Below are positions 19,610 to 29,376 of a stretch of DNA of 64,000 bases, in pieces; position 1 is the first letter of the stretch; each line of letters starts with the position of its first letter. The notes under the pieces are model-generated. The model saw nothing but the letters and a program-made list of their open reading frames with translations, had not been told where the DNA came from and did no database searches. Position numbers and translations under genes: made by a program. This stretch comes from a virus, in IMG/VR virus record IMGVR_UViG_3300029106_000003, positions 1,317 through 65,316 of that record; one strand, given 5' to 3'.

Positions 19610-20074
19610 ATTATGAGAAAGTTTTTGCTAATCATAGTTTGTGCTTTATCCATTACATCTTGCTCAGATAATGATCCTGAGATATTATCAGTAATGATTA
19701 ATGTAAAATGTGATAATAAAATTGCATCTCCTTCTTTGGTTCGCTTATATGAATATGAAACAGCAAGAGACTTTGATGACAGCTATATGTCTACAATGGA
19801 GTACGGCGATTCTCAAGTTTTAAGAGATAAGTTGGGTAATGAGTTGACTCCCGCATATACATCTGACACGTTTTCTGGAATAAATATTTTTGAGGATATA
19901 AAAACAGGGGTATATTTGGCTGTAATACTTTATAAACCTGACGGCTTTACATGGCCTATGTTTTATTTTTATGGATATAAAGTAATTAATGTTGACGAGG
20001 ATAATAACGCACTTTTACATAATATATGTTTTTCTTATAGTGAATACGACCGAGGTAAATTCATTGAGTTTTAG
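19610..20074 (+). CDS. lipoprotein (moron; superinfection-exclusion candidate)
   Basis: MRKFLLIIVCALSITSC signal peptide plus lipobox; ORF track 19580..20074. Confidence 0.5.
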   Translation: MMRKFLLIIVCALSITSCSDNDPEILSVMINVKCDNKIASPSLVRLYEYETARDFDDSYMSTMEYGDSQVLRDKLGNELTPAYTSDTFSGINIFEDIKTGVYLAVILYKPDGFTWPMFYFYGYKVINVDEDNNALLHNICFSYSEYDRGKFIEF

Positions 20075-20787
20075 TCCCACTTCATGCCTTTTATTTTATC
20101 CATATTTTTAGGATCGTCCCCGTTTATAAATGTTCGGTCCGTAGATATATGATATTTCTTTATCTCGTCGTCTGTAAGGTATATAGATGTTATGTAATCA
20201 TTAAGTAACATATGCAGGTTGGCATAACTAATACCCCATACAACATAGTCAATAGTCCAGCCATAGCGTTCGCAGGCTATATCTATCAAAGTTCCATAAA
20301 TACTTTTACCTCCAAAGGTTATAGTGTTACACTTCTTTTTCTTGATTCTTGATATTTTTTCTTGTTCTTTTTTCTCAATATCAATCTTAAAGTGTTGAAT
20401 AAACTGGTCAATGTTATCCTTTGATAACACTATTATGAATAGTTGAGCAAGTTCTTCATTCGATAGGTTGTCTTCAAATAGCTTTCGTCTTTCATTTATT
20501 AGGTGGCTATTGAATAATTCTTCCTTTTTATCGAATGTATGGTAAGACAATATTTTGCATATAATATCTCTTTTGGAATCGCATAATCGTAATGCTTCCA
20601 TATATGGATTTATAGAAAGGAAGTCTTTATTTATTTCTAAATTTTCGGTAAGACGTGATAAAAGGTATATTTTACCCAATGTGGCAGGGTATAAGTAGAA
20701 TTGCATTTCTCCTATATGGAACTCATAAGGTCTTTCCATGATAGTATCTGCAATATCCATTTCTATTATTTTCCCTTCTTTGTCCAT
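20071..20787 (-). CDS. hypothetical protein (tail assembly region)
   Basis: ORF 20071..20883 begins at GTG; likely ATG start MDKEGKI at 20787. Confidence 0.4.
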   Translation of the reverse strand: MDKEGKIIEMDIADTIMERPYEFHIGEMQFYLYPATLGKIYLLSRLTENLEINKDFLSINPYMEALRLCDSKRDIICKILSYHTFDKKEELFNSHLINERRKLFEDNLSNEELAQLFIIVLSKDNIDQFIQHFKIDIEKKEQEKISRIKKKKCNTITFGGKSIYGTLIDIACERYGWTIDYVVWGISYANLHMLLNDYITSIYLTDDEIKKYHISTDRTFINGDDPKNMDKIKGMKWD

Positions 20788-20929
20788 GCAAAATAAATTA
20801 TATTGAGCGCAACTGTGGGGTCGAACCACAACTTTATACATGGAGTGTATATGTGCTACCGTTACACTAGATACGCAGAACACGTGGGTACGAAGCCCCC
20901 ACGTTTGGCTCTATCTACAACCTATTGAA

Positions 20930-21478
20930 TTATCCACCAACACTTGGATTAGGAGCTACTTCGAATTTATCACCGTCTCCAGACTCATCTTCAGGATCGC
21001 ATTCAATTTTACTGATGTTTCCACCGGATTCCGTCACGATGATTTTACCCCACTGAATTTGTTTTTTATCGGCGGCTGCTTTCAACGCATCAAAAGTGTA
21101 TGCCCAAACACCACCGTCAGCAGAAGTAAAAGTGTCTTCAACGGAAACTGTCGTTTTCTCCATGCAGAAACCTTGAACTTCTGGGTCTTCCGGTTGAACA
21201 ACAACAGCATAATTGTGTGCAACAACACCATCGCTATCACTTACAGGACGCTTACGTCCTTTTGCGGCACGAATGTTCAATGCCAAAGCATAGGTATTCT
21301 TTCCATACTTTACATCCTCATTTTCGCCTCCTTCGATTTTTGCTTCTTGTTTATCTCCTTTTGTTGTTGTCAACTGTGTAGAATCTTCCACAGGGGTAGG
21401 TAATTCCTCCCATTTAGGAGCAGAAGCATCCAAATCTTTTATAAATACACGGGGCTTACCCCATCCTATTACTGCCAT
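20930..21478 (-). CDS. major tail (tube) protein candidate
   Basis: 182 aa, position upstream of tape measure region; beta-rich. Confidence 0.4.
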   Translation of the reverse strand: MAVIGWGKPRVFIKDLDASAPKWEELPTPVEDSTQLTTTKGDKQEAKIEGGENEDVKYGKNTYALALNIRAAKGRKRPVSDSDGVVAHNYAVVVQPEDPEVQGFCMEKTTVSVEDTFTSADGGVWAYTFDALKAAADKKQIQWGKIIVTESGGNISKIECDPEDESGDGDKFEVAPNPSVGG

Positions 21479-21503
21479 GATATACCTAATTTATATTAAA
21501 AAT

Positions 21504-21926
21504 TTATTCGTTATTTATCTCTATGTACAGTTTGTTATTAATGAAATGCTCTGTATGTCCGTCTTCAAATGAAACTCCTGTTGAATCAGTTTTTTGACTG
21601 CATTGTGATGGAACCGTATGATATTCGTCTTTTCGTATAGAGAATAAAAACTTCGATAGTTCGCATAATTCACGAATTCGGATTGAATCTTTTTCCCATG
21701 TTTTGGTTTCAGAGTTCCATAAGTCTTTGACATATATATTGACATTCACATAAGCTCGTTGTATTTGTCCGCAACCTTCATTTGCAAGAACAGATATGAC
21801 TATATCTTCTTTATCAGATTTGTTGGGCCTTCCTCTGTCACTCAATTTACCGGAGACATTACATTCGAGTTCTGTACCTTTAATTTTGTGATAAACGAAC
21901 TTAGCTATTTCAATATCAGATTTCAT
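21504..21926 (-). CDS. hypothetical head-tail protein
   Basis: 140-aa ORF. Confidence 0.35.
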   Translation of the reverse strand: MKSDIEIAKFVYHKIKGTELECNVSGKLSDRGRPNKSDKEDIVISVLANEGCGQIQRAYVNVNIYVKDLWNSETKTWEKDSIRIRELCELSKFLFSIRKDEYHTVPSQCSQKTDSTGVSFEDGHTEHFINNKLYIEINNE

Positions 21927-22387
21927 TATTTCGCAATCTGTCTTTTAAGTTTTTCAAGCATCAATGGAACTTGTTCTCTTGCCCAAAGTTCGGTTGATGC
22001 AAGTACGTCTTTATTATCCATCGCTTCTACAAATTCAGCATAGTTCATTCCGGCGACTACGATAAGTACATAGTTATTAGAATATCTTTTAGCAAGTTCT
22101 TTCGCTAAGTCTTTACCTGTTTTTACACCTTCTGAACCTTGCTTCACTTGGTTGAAAGTTGAGTATTGAATGATGTTCTTATTATGAGCAATCACATATC
22201 CAACCGAACTACGCAAGTTGCCTGTTTGGTCGTACCAACTTTTATCACCTGCTCTATCACGAATTTTTGTAACGCATTGTTCGCCAAGTTTGGATAAAGC
22301 ACGAATAGTAAGACGCTCGACACGCTCTGCTTCTCTCATGAGCATGTCATGCACTTCGCTTAGCTTGGTGGTCATTCTTATACCCAT
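21926..22387 (-). CDS. head-tail joining/neck protein candidate
   Basis: 153-aa ORF in neck position; weak HK97 gp10-like feel. Confidence 0.3.
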   Translation of the reverse strand: MGIRMTTKLSEVHDMLMREAERVERLTIRALSKLGEQCVTKIRDRAGDKSWYDQTGNLRSSVGYVIAHNKNIIQYSTFNQVKQGSEGVKTGKDLAKELAKRYSNNYVLIVVAGMNYAEFVEAMDNKDVLASTELWAREQVPLMLEKLKRQIAK

Positions 22388-22722
22388 AGTTTACATTGTT
22401 TCTGGTAGCGATGGAAACCTTTCACACTAAACTCCCTTTCAATTCCTTCAAGCAGATGTATCTTAATCCTGTCACCGATCATGAATGTTCGACAATTTGC
22501 ACGTAGATAAACTGTATATGAATAGCTTCTTACAATACCATCGTCAAACTCTTTTTCAGAGGCTTTACCAGCAGGAACTGCGTCGCATTCAATACAGCCT
22601 TCCCAGTTAGTTTCTCCTTCATGATAATCACCGTTGCTATCCTCGTAACCATCTTTTGATACGAGGTACTGCAATCTGTGTGGATATAGTCTTATTACTG
22701 ACATATTACAAAAGGCAGTCAC
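22378..22722 (-). CDS. hypothetical head-tail protein
   Basis: 114-aa ORF. Confidence 0.35.
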   Translation of the reverse strand: MTAFCNMSVIRLYPHRLQYLVSKDGYEDSNGDYHEGETNWEGCIECDAVPAGKASEKEFDDGIVRSYSYTVYLRANCRTFMIGDRIKIHLLEGIEREFSVKGFHRYQKQCKLWV

Positions 22723-23044
22723 CTATATATACCATTGGCTTTGCCTCCAACTCTACCGAAGGTTCACCAATGGCATTATAGATTGAGTTAACACGTAACA
22801 GAATACGTTCTTTGTCTTTATCTGATAAAGAACCAAAAGACTTGTCTGCTTCAGAAAAATTGATAGCCTGAACTAAAGACCAAAGACAGTCAGCCAAAGC
22901 TCCCATATACTCCTTTGAGTTCATTGTATCTGAATCGCAATCACCAACTGGATTGAGTTTGCGTTTTATCATCACATTCTCTACAAAACCTTCTGGAATA
23001 GGGTAATGTATTTCGTCTATAAGAGCTTGCTGAATTGTCTTCAT
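22706..23044 (-). CDS. hypothetical head-tail connector protein
   Basis: 112-aa ORF immediately after capsid gene. Confidence 0.35.
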   Translation of the reverse strand: MKTIQQALIDEIHYPIPEGFVENVMIKRKLNPVGDCDSDTMNSKEYMGALADCLWSLVQAINFSEADKSFGSLSDKDKERILLRVNSIYNAIGEPSVELEAKPMVYIGDCLL

Positions 23045-23047
23045 GGC

Positions 23048-24358
23048 TTAACTATCTCCATTTGTTGTTTTATATGATTCAACAGCTTTTTTGAGCTTAG
23101 CTTCATCGGCATCATTCAATTTGTTTACAGCAGCAATTAACTTATCGTCTGAAATAGTAGTCGATAAGTTTTTACCGGTTATTTTATTGAACTCTGCGAC
23201 GAAGTTTGCTTTTATGTAAGCTTGTCCCCAAATGGTGATGTTCTTATCGGTAGAATCTTTTCCCTCTTCGGTAGTGTCAATCGTTTGAGCCTCTGAGATG
23301 TCAAGAGAGTAGATTTGGTCTACGTTTTCAATAACAGGGAGAACTAATGCTTGACCACTTGTAAATTCCTGCAAAGGATCATTTTTAGAATACTTGCTGA
23401 TAAGTTTGTATTCATCTACCGTGGAATAAATTACTCCTGCTACGGGATTAGTAACTTCTGCAAGTGTGCCCCAAACCAATGCGCCAACTTCTTGTGTAGT
23501 AAGGAATATTAGTTTGTTCGCATTCCACGGTTTGTACGGAATGCGTTTACCATTTTTCTCAGAAATTACTGTACGGTCAATCTTTAAGAATGTAATTCCG
23601 TTGTTGTCATCGGCAAATGCTTCGTCAAATAATGTAGCAGTAGGAACAGGTAACTTAGTGTTGCTGTCGAATGTCTGACCTCGATAGTTGGCAACCAATT
23701 CTTTTGCCCATTGTTCTTGTCTCATTTTATTGTAAGTCGATAACGAGATTGCTATCGTTGTAATTGAGTTTCCATCTGCGTCAGCTTTTGCAATAACACG
23801 CTTTATGTCATCAGAGGAAATAGTTCCAGCTGTTTCTACACCAAAGCTATTTTGCGGTAAATAGTTGAAATTTATGCGCAATCCAGTTCCTGTATTGTTT
23901 TCATCTTCAACGATTACAACTCCATCAGATAAAGCAGTTAAAAAGTTTGCTTCGTTCTTTTCATCGATACCAACAGAGCAAGCTACCGCATCGTTGGTTA
24001 GCTTGTTAGCTATATTAGTGAACGCAGCTCCTTGAGCTTTCATGATGTTGATTGTGTTGATCTGAGTCTCACGAAGAATTTTTTTCATTCCGACCTTTGG
24101 CAATGTACCATTTGCGTGTGCAATGGAGTCTCTCATCTTGGGAGGGAGAGGTGAGTCCATTGCTACCATGTCGGCCGCAACATAAGTTGTGTTAACTGAT
24201 GCACTTTCCCACTTTTGGTCTGCGGAATATTCTTTGCGAAGCATTGTCTTGTGAAGATATGTAAGCTGATTGCCTCGCTTACCATTGATTCTCTCGATGA
24301 TGGTTTGAAGTTTCGGGAAAATCTTTCTGATGTATTCAATAAATAGTGATTCTTTCAT
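23048..24358 (-). CDS. major capsid protein
   Basis: 436 aa following scaffold-like acidic protein, in TerL-scaffold-capsid order. Confidence 0.55.
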   Translation of the reverse strand: MKESLFIEYIRKIFPKLQTIIERINGKRGNQLTYLHKTMLRKEYSADQKWESASVNTTYVAADMVAMDSPLPPKMRDSIAHANGTLPKVGMKKILRETQINTINIMKAQGAAFTNIANKLTNDAVACSVGIDEKNEANFLTALSDGVVIVEDENNTGTGLRINFNYLPQNSFGVETAGTISSDDIKRVIAKADADGNSITTIAISLSTYNKMRQEQWAKELVANYRGQTFDSNTKLPVPTATLFDEAFADDNNGITFLKIDRTVISEKNGKRIPYKPWNANKLIFLTTQEVGALVWGTLAEVTNPVAGVIYSTVDEYKLISKYSKNDPLQEFTSGQALVLPVIENVDQIYSLDISEAQTIDTTEEGKDSTDKNITIWGQAYIKANFVAEFNKITGKNLSTTISDDKLIAAVNKLNDADEAKLKKAVESYKTTNGDS

Positions 24359-24378
24359 TTTTTTACCTCCTTTCTACA

Positions 24379-24780
24379 TTAATCGTGTAAGAATACAAGA
24401 GTTGGCAATGCCGTTTTCATAGCCGCTTTTATGTCGTCTATGGGGTATGGACTCGCCAAATCATTGACTTCGCCACTATACATAATACCAACCAATGGTT
24501 CACTAGTTGGTTTTGTACATACAACTACTCCTACATATTCATGAGAACCGGGAAGTGAGTCGTATCCATCGCCAGATGATTTTACGGGCATAGGTTTGTA
24601 CGTGTCTGTTGACGGATCACGAATAACAACGTGCCCGGCTTTAATAACCGGAAGGTTATAATTTGATACGTCAAGAGTACGACCTCCGATAATGCCAGCT
24701 ACATAATGCCGGATTACGACAGAATCCATTCCGGCATTGAGAACTTCCATTTCGCTTGATAAATTTGCTGTTGCACCCAT
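24379..24780 (-). CDS. hypothetical head protein
   Basis: 133-aa ORF between scaffold and capsid. Confidence 0.35.
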   Translation of the reverse strand: MGATANLSSEMEVLNAGMDSVVIRHYVAGIIGGRTLDVSNYNLPVIKAGHVVIRDPSTDTYKPMPVKSSGDGYDSLPGSHEYVGVVVCTKPTSEPLVGIMYSGEVNDLASPYPIDDIKAAMKTALPTLVFLHD

Positions 24781-24801
24781 TGTTACAATTTCTTTTTTGA
24801 C

Positions 24802-25510
24802 TTAGAAAGTGTTGACTAAATCTTCAACTTCTTTGTCGGTTAATACTTCGTCTTGTTTACCCGAACCTTTACTTCCGGCAGCAGGAGGGGTTGCCAATGT
24901 TGCCAAACCTGCATCTGCACGCTCTTGATTGTAATTCTTCAGGTCTTCCTCAACATCTGAATAGAACTCCTCGAAATCGTCGTCACTTTCAAAGTTCATC
25001 TTAGAGAAGCTTTTCAAGGTACGTGAACCGAATGTTCCAGTGTCTTTCAGCAGGGCTTCAAGTTTGGCTTTACGCAAGTTAGAAACTTTTTCACCTTCCA
25101 ATGCTGCAAAACGGGCTTCCTGTTGCTCTCTGAAAGACTTAAACCATGCGGGTTCTTCGTCTTGTTCATTTCCTTTGTTGTTGGGATTTTTCTTGTTTGA
25201 ACCAGCTGGACGAGAGCCGCCTTTTGACGTGTCATCGTCAACGTCGTCATCATCATCTTCTTCTGATTCGGGGTGTTTTTTCTTCCATTCGTCAAGCAAA
25301 CGGTTGGCTTGCGACTGGCCGAAAGTGAGGTAAGGGAGAACCGCTTCTATCTGCTCGTCGATTTCTGCGTTTACATCCTCTTCTGAGGCATCTTCTGCGG
25401 ATTTCAGGTTATCGGCAATATTGGCGGCGATACCCTTCAATTCCTTTGCGTTGAACCCTAACGCCTTCGCTTTAAGTTTCAACCTTACGAAAACTTGCTG
25501 TTGTCTGTTC
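24802..25510 (-). CDS. scaffolding protein candidate
   Basis: Highly acidic (EEDDDDDVDDD), helical, upstream of capsid; start MNRQQQ at 25510. Confidence 0.5.
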
Positions 25511-25528
25511 ATTTCATTTAGGTTTAAA

Positions 25529-25566
25529 CAAAAAAATAGTCTGCGTAGCAATGTAGCCAGCAGACT
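25529..25566 (-). terminator. hairpin plus U-run in leader of scaffold/capsid operon
   Basis: TAGTCTGC(15-nt loop)GCAGACTA followed by U7 on minus strand, lying between promoter palindrome (25658-25695) and start codon 25510. Confidence 0.5.
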
Positions 25567-25657
25567 ATTCGCATCTTCTTTCAGATGTGCCTCCGCCTAA
25601 ACGGACAAACAGGTGTTTACGACAAGTCGGGTGGCGTACATCTTCATACGCTTTTTG

Positions 25658-25695
25658 CAAATATACAGTAAAGTATATGAATTTCATACACTTTT
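25658..25695 (-). promoter_or_regulatory. palindrome-type promoter for head operon
   Basis: TAAAGTATATGAATTTCATACACTTTT adjacent to TATATTTG box. Confidence 0.5.
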
Positions 25696-25919
25696 CAATA
25701 AAATATTGATCGAGTTTTATTTTTTTTAAGAAAAGAGGATAATAAAGAATAAGACAAAGCAAGACAAAAACAAGATGGCTGGGAATGAGAGATTTATCAT
25801 CAAGTAACCAAAGGCAAGTGGAAGTGAATTTGCGTTATTATCCAGTTATTCTATTGAGAATGGCAAAGATTGTTTCGTCAGTGAATCTGAAAATTGCGTG
25901 TGAGGTTGCAGCTGAGATA

Positions 25920-26357
25920 CTATATAAGGCATTCATCGTTCATTGAAAGATAATCATTTTCAGTTAGAATAATACTGTCTAATAATTTTATATCAAATAT
26001 ATCTAATAGATTTTTAAGGGAGTGAGTCATTTTTATATCCTCATTACTAGGGTTTTTGTTACCGCTTGGGTGATTATGAACGAATATGACATTAGTAGAG
26101 AGGGTATCAATAGCATATTTGGCAATCAATCTTTTGTCAGCTAATGCGCTGCATATTCCTCCTTGAGAGATTTTAGCATACCCGGTTATATTGCAGGCTT
26201 TGTTCATCAATATAATGAATGCACTTTCGTAAATAAGAATATCTTCATGATAGAACTTTCTTGAGAAATTAGCAGAGTCTATAGAAGAATAAACTTTGAC
26301 AACTTCAAAATCTTGTTTTTTTGCTGTTATGCTGTATTCTACTGCTTTCTTTTTCAT
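25920..26357 (-). CDS. RadC-like JAB/MPN domain protein
   Basis: VHNHPSGNKNPSNED JAMM motif. Confidence 0.7.
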   Translation of the reverse strand: MKKKAVEYSITAKKQDFEVVKVYSSIDSANFSRKFYHEDILIYESAFIILMNKACNITGYAKISQGGICSALADKRLIAKYAIDTLSTNVIFVHNHPSGNKNPSNEDIKMTHSLKNLLDIFDIKLLDSIILTENDYLSMNDECLI

Positions 26358-26374
26358 TGCTCTTATGTATTTAG

Positions 26375-26563
26375 TTATGCTATTTCGAATTTGCGATTAG
26401 GATTGTATTTTTCTAGTCTTTTGAGTATATCTTCTGCACTATTTTCTAAACCGACAAAAGTGTAGAATGTAGGTTGGGCATATCTTTCGCCATTCTTCTT
26501 GATTGAATAAATAAATGCTCCTTTAGATAAACCTTTCGAATTTGTGTACTTTGTTGCTTTCAT
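26375..26563 (-). CDS. hypothetical small protein (MKAT start, cassette copy A)
   Basis: 62-aa ORF directly downstream of repeated promoter cassette. Confidence 0.4.
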   Translation of the reverse strand: MKATKYTNSKGLSKGAFIYSIKKNGERYAQPTFYTFVGLENSAEDILKRLEKYNPNRKFEIA

Positions 26564-26564
26564 C

Positions 26565-26700
26565 GTTTTTGTCTTTTAATTGTTAGTAATGTTGGTTTGT
26601 TTTAGTATTGTAAAGATACTCATTATCAGCGAGTTATCCAAATATTTGCAGCGTTATTTTGCTCATAATCAAGAGTTTAACTTTTGGTAACTTGGATATT
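26565..26700 (-). repeat. 125-bp promoter/5'UTR cassette, copy A
   Basis: About 90 percent identical to 37712-37840 and 51890-51990, each ending in ATGAAAGC start. Confidence 0.6.
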
Positions 26701-26708
26701 GTAATATC

Positions 26709-26735
26709 AAAAACGCCGACTTTCACAAGCCGGCG
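26709..26735 (-). terminator. rho-independent terminator after terminase large subunit
   Basis: CGCCGGC-loop-GTCGGCG hairpin plus U5 on minus strand. Confidence 0.45.
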
Positions 26736-26813
26736 TACATAAGAGCAATGAAAACTGCAATTATTAATAAATAATAAGACAGTCTTCGATACAAAGATAG
26801 AGGTTTATAGCGA

Positions 26814-28325
26814 TCATAAAAAGTCTTTTAGTAATTCTTCGTCACTAATAAAATCATAGTCAAGTGGATAAAATGTATTAGCAAGTGCATCCATATAGTC
26901 AGGCGAACGTTTGATACGTTTCTTGATTTCTTCTTTCGGTTCAATTATAATCCGTCCATCGCTTTGGAACTTCCAGTGTGTCTCGGTTGCTTCCTCCATG
27001 AGTTTATCACAAGGGGGAATAGCCGCCCCAAAACCGTTCTTCGGATTAAGCCAATCACGTAAAGACCAATAGCAGTAAGCTCGCATATTGGCAAATTCAT
27101 ATTGTCCGGTAAGGTCATGCAAGCCTCTTGCACTCTCGGAATACTTGCAAGAATAAACATTCCTATATCCAAGTTCTTCCAGTCGAGAATATACTCCAGC
27201 TCCTTCACCTATTGTATCGATGTACGCTTTGGATTTTTTGTCAGAAAGATATATGATGTGCATTCCTGCGACATGCATGTGATCCGCTTTTCCAGCAGAT
27301 TGGTGAACTTCAAATTTAGGGACATAGTTTCCGTATCGAGGGCAAAGTACACTTTCATCTCGACCCATACCAGCAACATCAGAACCAATCTTACATGATT
27401 TAGACGGTGTAAAACCTTCTTCTTGTAAACGATTCCAATTATCATTTGCAAGCTCTATCCATTCATACGGAATAAGTACATCTTCGGAGACTTTTGGAAA
27501 CATACCAAGTACCTTGACACGAAAAAGGTCATTAGGTCGGTATAGACCACCTTCCCACTTAAAATCACCTTCTCCTTCATTAAAATCTGCCTTCTGAATG
27601 GGAGAACACCAATTTATCACTTTATCTTTTACCCATTCATAATCTACTTGACCGGGAATGACTAATTTCCTTTTGACTACATTCTCTGCATTGAGTGAGT
27701 TTAACCGGAATTTCGCAAATCGATTGGATTTCATGGCTCGTGCGGCATAACCCGTAGTTATGTTAGGATTAAACACGATGAGTAAACGGGAATTTCCCTG
27801 TAAGTTACCTTCAATAGCATTATATGTTGCTTCTGAAATACCCGATGCTTCAGTAACGACGAACATTGTATTCACAGCGTGGAACCCAGACCATGCTTCA
27901 GTATTGTCATCACCAGCCTTAAACCCCGTTAAAAACCATTCTTCATAATCAGTCTTTATACCCGAAGACAACAATCTTCCCGGAAGAAAAACTGCATTTC
28001 TGTACAAGCGTGAGATTTCCGGGATCATAATATTCTGTACCTGCCTTGCTGTTGGTGCAGTCATGGCAATTTTTGTATTCTTGGATAATTTGCCATCTTT
28101 CCAACGTGGAGTGAGGTACATAAAACACATAGCAGCACATGCTGCAACGAAGTCCTTACCACGAGCTGTACCTGATGCAACAGCTGTCATAGGATTGTGC
28201 TGGACAGAGGATATGATAGATTGCTGCTCGCTGTCTAAACGAACCTTCAAAACATCACGGCAAAACCTATTCCAGTCTTCTATCCATGACTTTAAGTAGC
28301 GTATGTCCTTGCGTACATGGCTCAT
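26814..28325 (-). CDS. terL: terminase large subunit
   Basis: ATPase motifs VASGTARGKDF (Walker A-like), LLIVFNP (Walker B), nuclease domain IGSDVAGMGRDESVL / IDTIGEGAGV. Confidence 0.85.
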   Translation of the reverse strand: MSHVRKDIRYLKSWIEDWNRFCRDVLKVRLDSEQQSIISSVQHNPMTAVASGTARGKDFVAACAAMCFMYLTPRWKDGKLSKNTKIAMTAPTARQVQNIMIPEISRLYRNAVFLPGRLLSSGIKTDYEEWFLTGFKAGDDNTEAWSGFHAVNTMFVVTEASGISEATYNAIEGNLQGNSRLLIVFNPNITTGYAARAMKSNRFAKFRLNSLNAENVVKRKLVIPGQVDYEWVKDKVINWCSPIQKADFNEGEGDFKWEGGLYRPNDLFRVKVLGMFPKVSEDVLIPYEWIELANDNWNRLQEEGFTPSKSCKIGSDVAGMGRDESVLCPRYGNYVPKFEVHQSAGKADHMHVAGMHIIYLSDKKSKAYIDTIGEGAGVYSRLEELGYRNVYSCKYSESARGLHDLTGQYEFANMRAYCYWSLRDWLNPKNGFGAAIPPCDKLMEEATETHWKFQSDGRIIIEPKEEIKKRIKRSPDYMDALANTFYPLDYDFISDEELLKDFL

Positions 28326-28687
28326 TCCTCATCATCAGGCAATTCTTGCATCAGTTTCTCAAATGGATTGACAGTAACCTCCTGTTCCAGCCTCTCAACA
28401 TATCCTCTCTCTCGCATTTTGGTCTTACTAAGCCAAATGAGCATTGTGTTGTCTTGTTCTGTCAAAGCCTTTGAGAACATAACAGTTTCTAATTTATCTT
28501 TGAACGCTTCTTCTACTTCCTCCCATTGCTTCCTAAACTCTTCATCTTTCTCTTTCCACTTGTATGCAATGGAACGAGATATTCCGGCTGCCTCACACGC
28601 TTTCGTAACGTTAAGCAGTCTTGCATCAAGTGCATTCAGAAAAATCTCTTTCTTTTTCTTTACAGGAATCCTAAACTTCTGTCCCAT
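28322..28687 (-). CDS. terS: terminase small subunit
   Basis: 121 aa, HTH TKACEAAGISRSIAYKWKEKDEEF, immediately upstream of TerL with overlap. Confidence 0.6.
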   Translation of the reverse strand: MGQKFRIPVKKKKEIFLNALDARLLNVTKACEAAGISRSIAYKWKEKDEEFRKQWEEVEEAFKDKLETVMFSKALTEQDNTMLIWLSKTKMRERGYVERLEQEVTVNPFEKLMQELPDDEE

Positions 28688-29375
28688 CTTTATTTACCTC
28701 CAATACGTTATTTACTATTTCCAACATCTTACAAATGCTTAATGCCTGAGCCTTGATTTTATATTTCGCTTGGACTTTTGCACTGATTTCATTTAAATGG
28801 TGCATGGTTTCCATATCTACAAGAGTAAGATTTCCCAACTCTTTTTCCGAATAACACTCTAGCGTTTCCATGAGTTTGTCGAATGATGCTTTCTGCGTGT
28901 CTATGAACATCAGCGTTACAGGAACAATTTCGTTATTCGGCATTTCTACTGTGTAATTAATATCCTTTACACTTTCCAATACTTCGTTACTGATGTGTGC
29001 GTATTCTTTTAAGGCAACATCAGTTATTTCATCAAGTAGCTGTTTTAATACCTCCGCATCGTCTTGACCAACAATACTGTTGTGACTGAGTTGTGTCGCT
29101 AATAGCCAATCGTTGGAAGTGTTATTCTCATCAATATACATTACGTGAATAGAAGTAAGACCTGCCATCTTTGCTGCCTGTGTTCTATGATTACCACTGA
29201 CAACTGTATATGTACCATCATTATGCTTTACACAAAATGGAACAGATGAAAGCTGCCCATCTCTACGGATATTATTAACAAGTGCATTAAATGTGTCATT
29301 GCTCATAAAATGAGCATTCTTCTTGACAAATTTAATGTCAGAGAGTTGAACTTCCTCAATTTTAAATTTTTTCAT
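28671..29375 (-). CDS. ParB-like nuclease domain protein
   Basis: VVSGNHRTQAAKMAGLTSIHV ParB/Srx N-domain motif; start MKKFKIEE. Confidence 0.6.
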   Translation of the reverse strand: MKKFKIEEVQLSDIKFVKKNAHFMSNDTFNALVNNIRRDGQLSSVPFCVKHNDGTYTVVSGNHRTQAAKMAGLTSIHVMYIDENNTSNDWLLATQLSHNSIVGQDDAEVLKQLLDEITDVALKEYAHISNEVLESVKDINYTVEMPNNEIVPVTLMFIDTQKASFDKLMETLECYSEKELGNLTLVDMETMHHLNEISAKVQAKYKIKAQALSICKMLEIVNNVLEVNKDGTEV

Positions 29376-29376
29376 A

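Noticed and set aside
20800-20900. tRNA-like T-arm (GTGGTTCGACCCCAC on minus strand) and a CGTGGG...CCCACG hairpin near 20815-20900
   Set aside because: No acceptor or anticodon arms can be built. The sequence lies in the GTG-extended 5' end or leader of the 20071..20787 gene, so it is most likely a chance match or a small intergenic hairpin.
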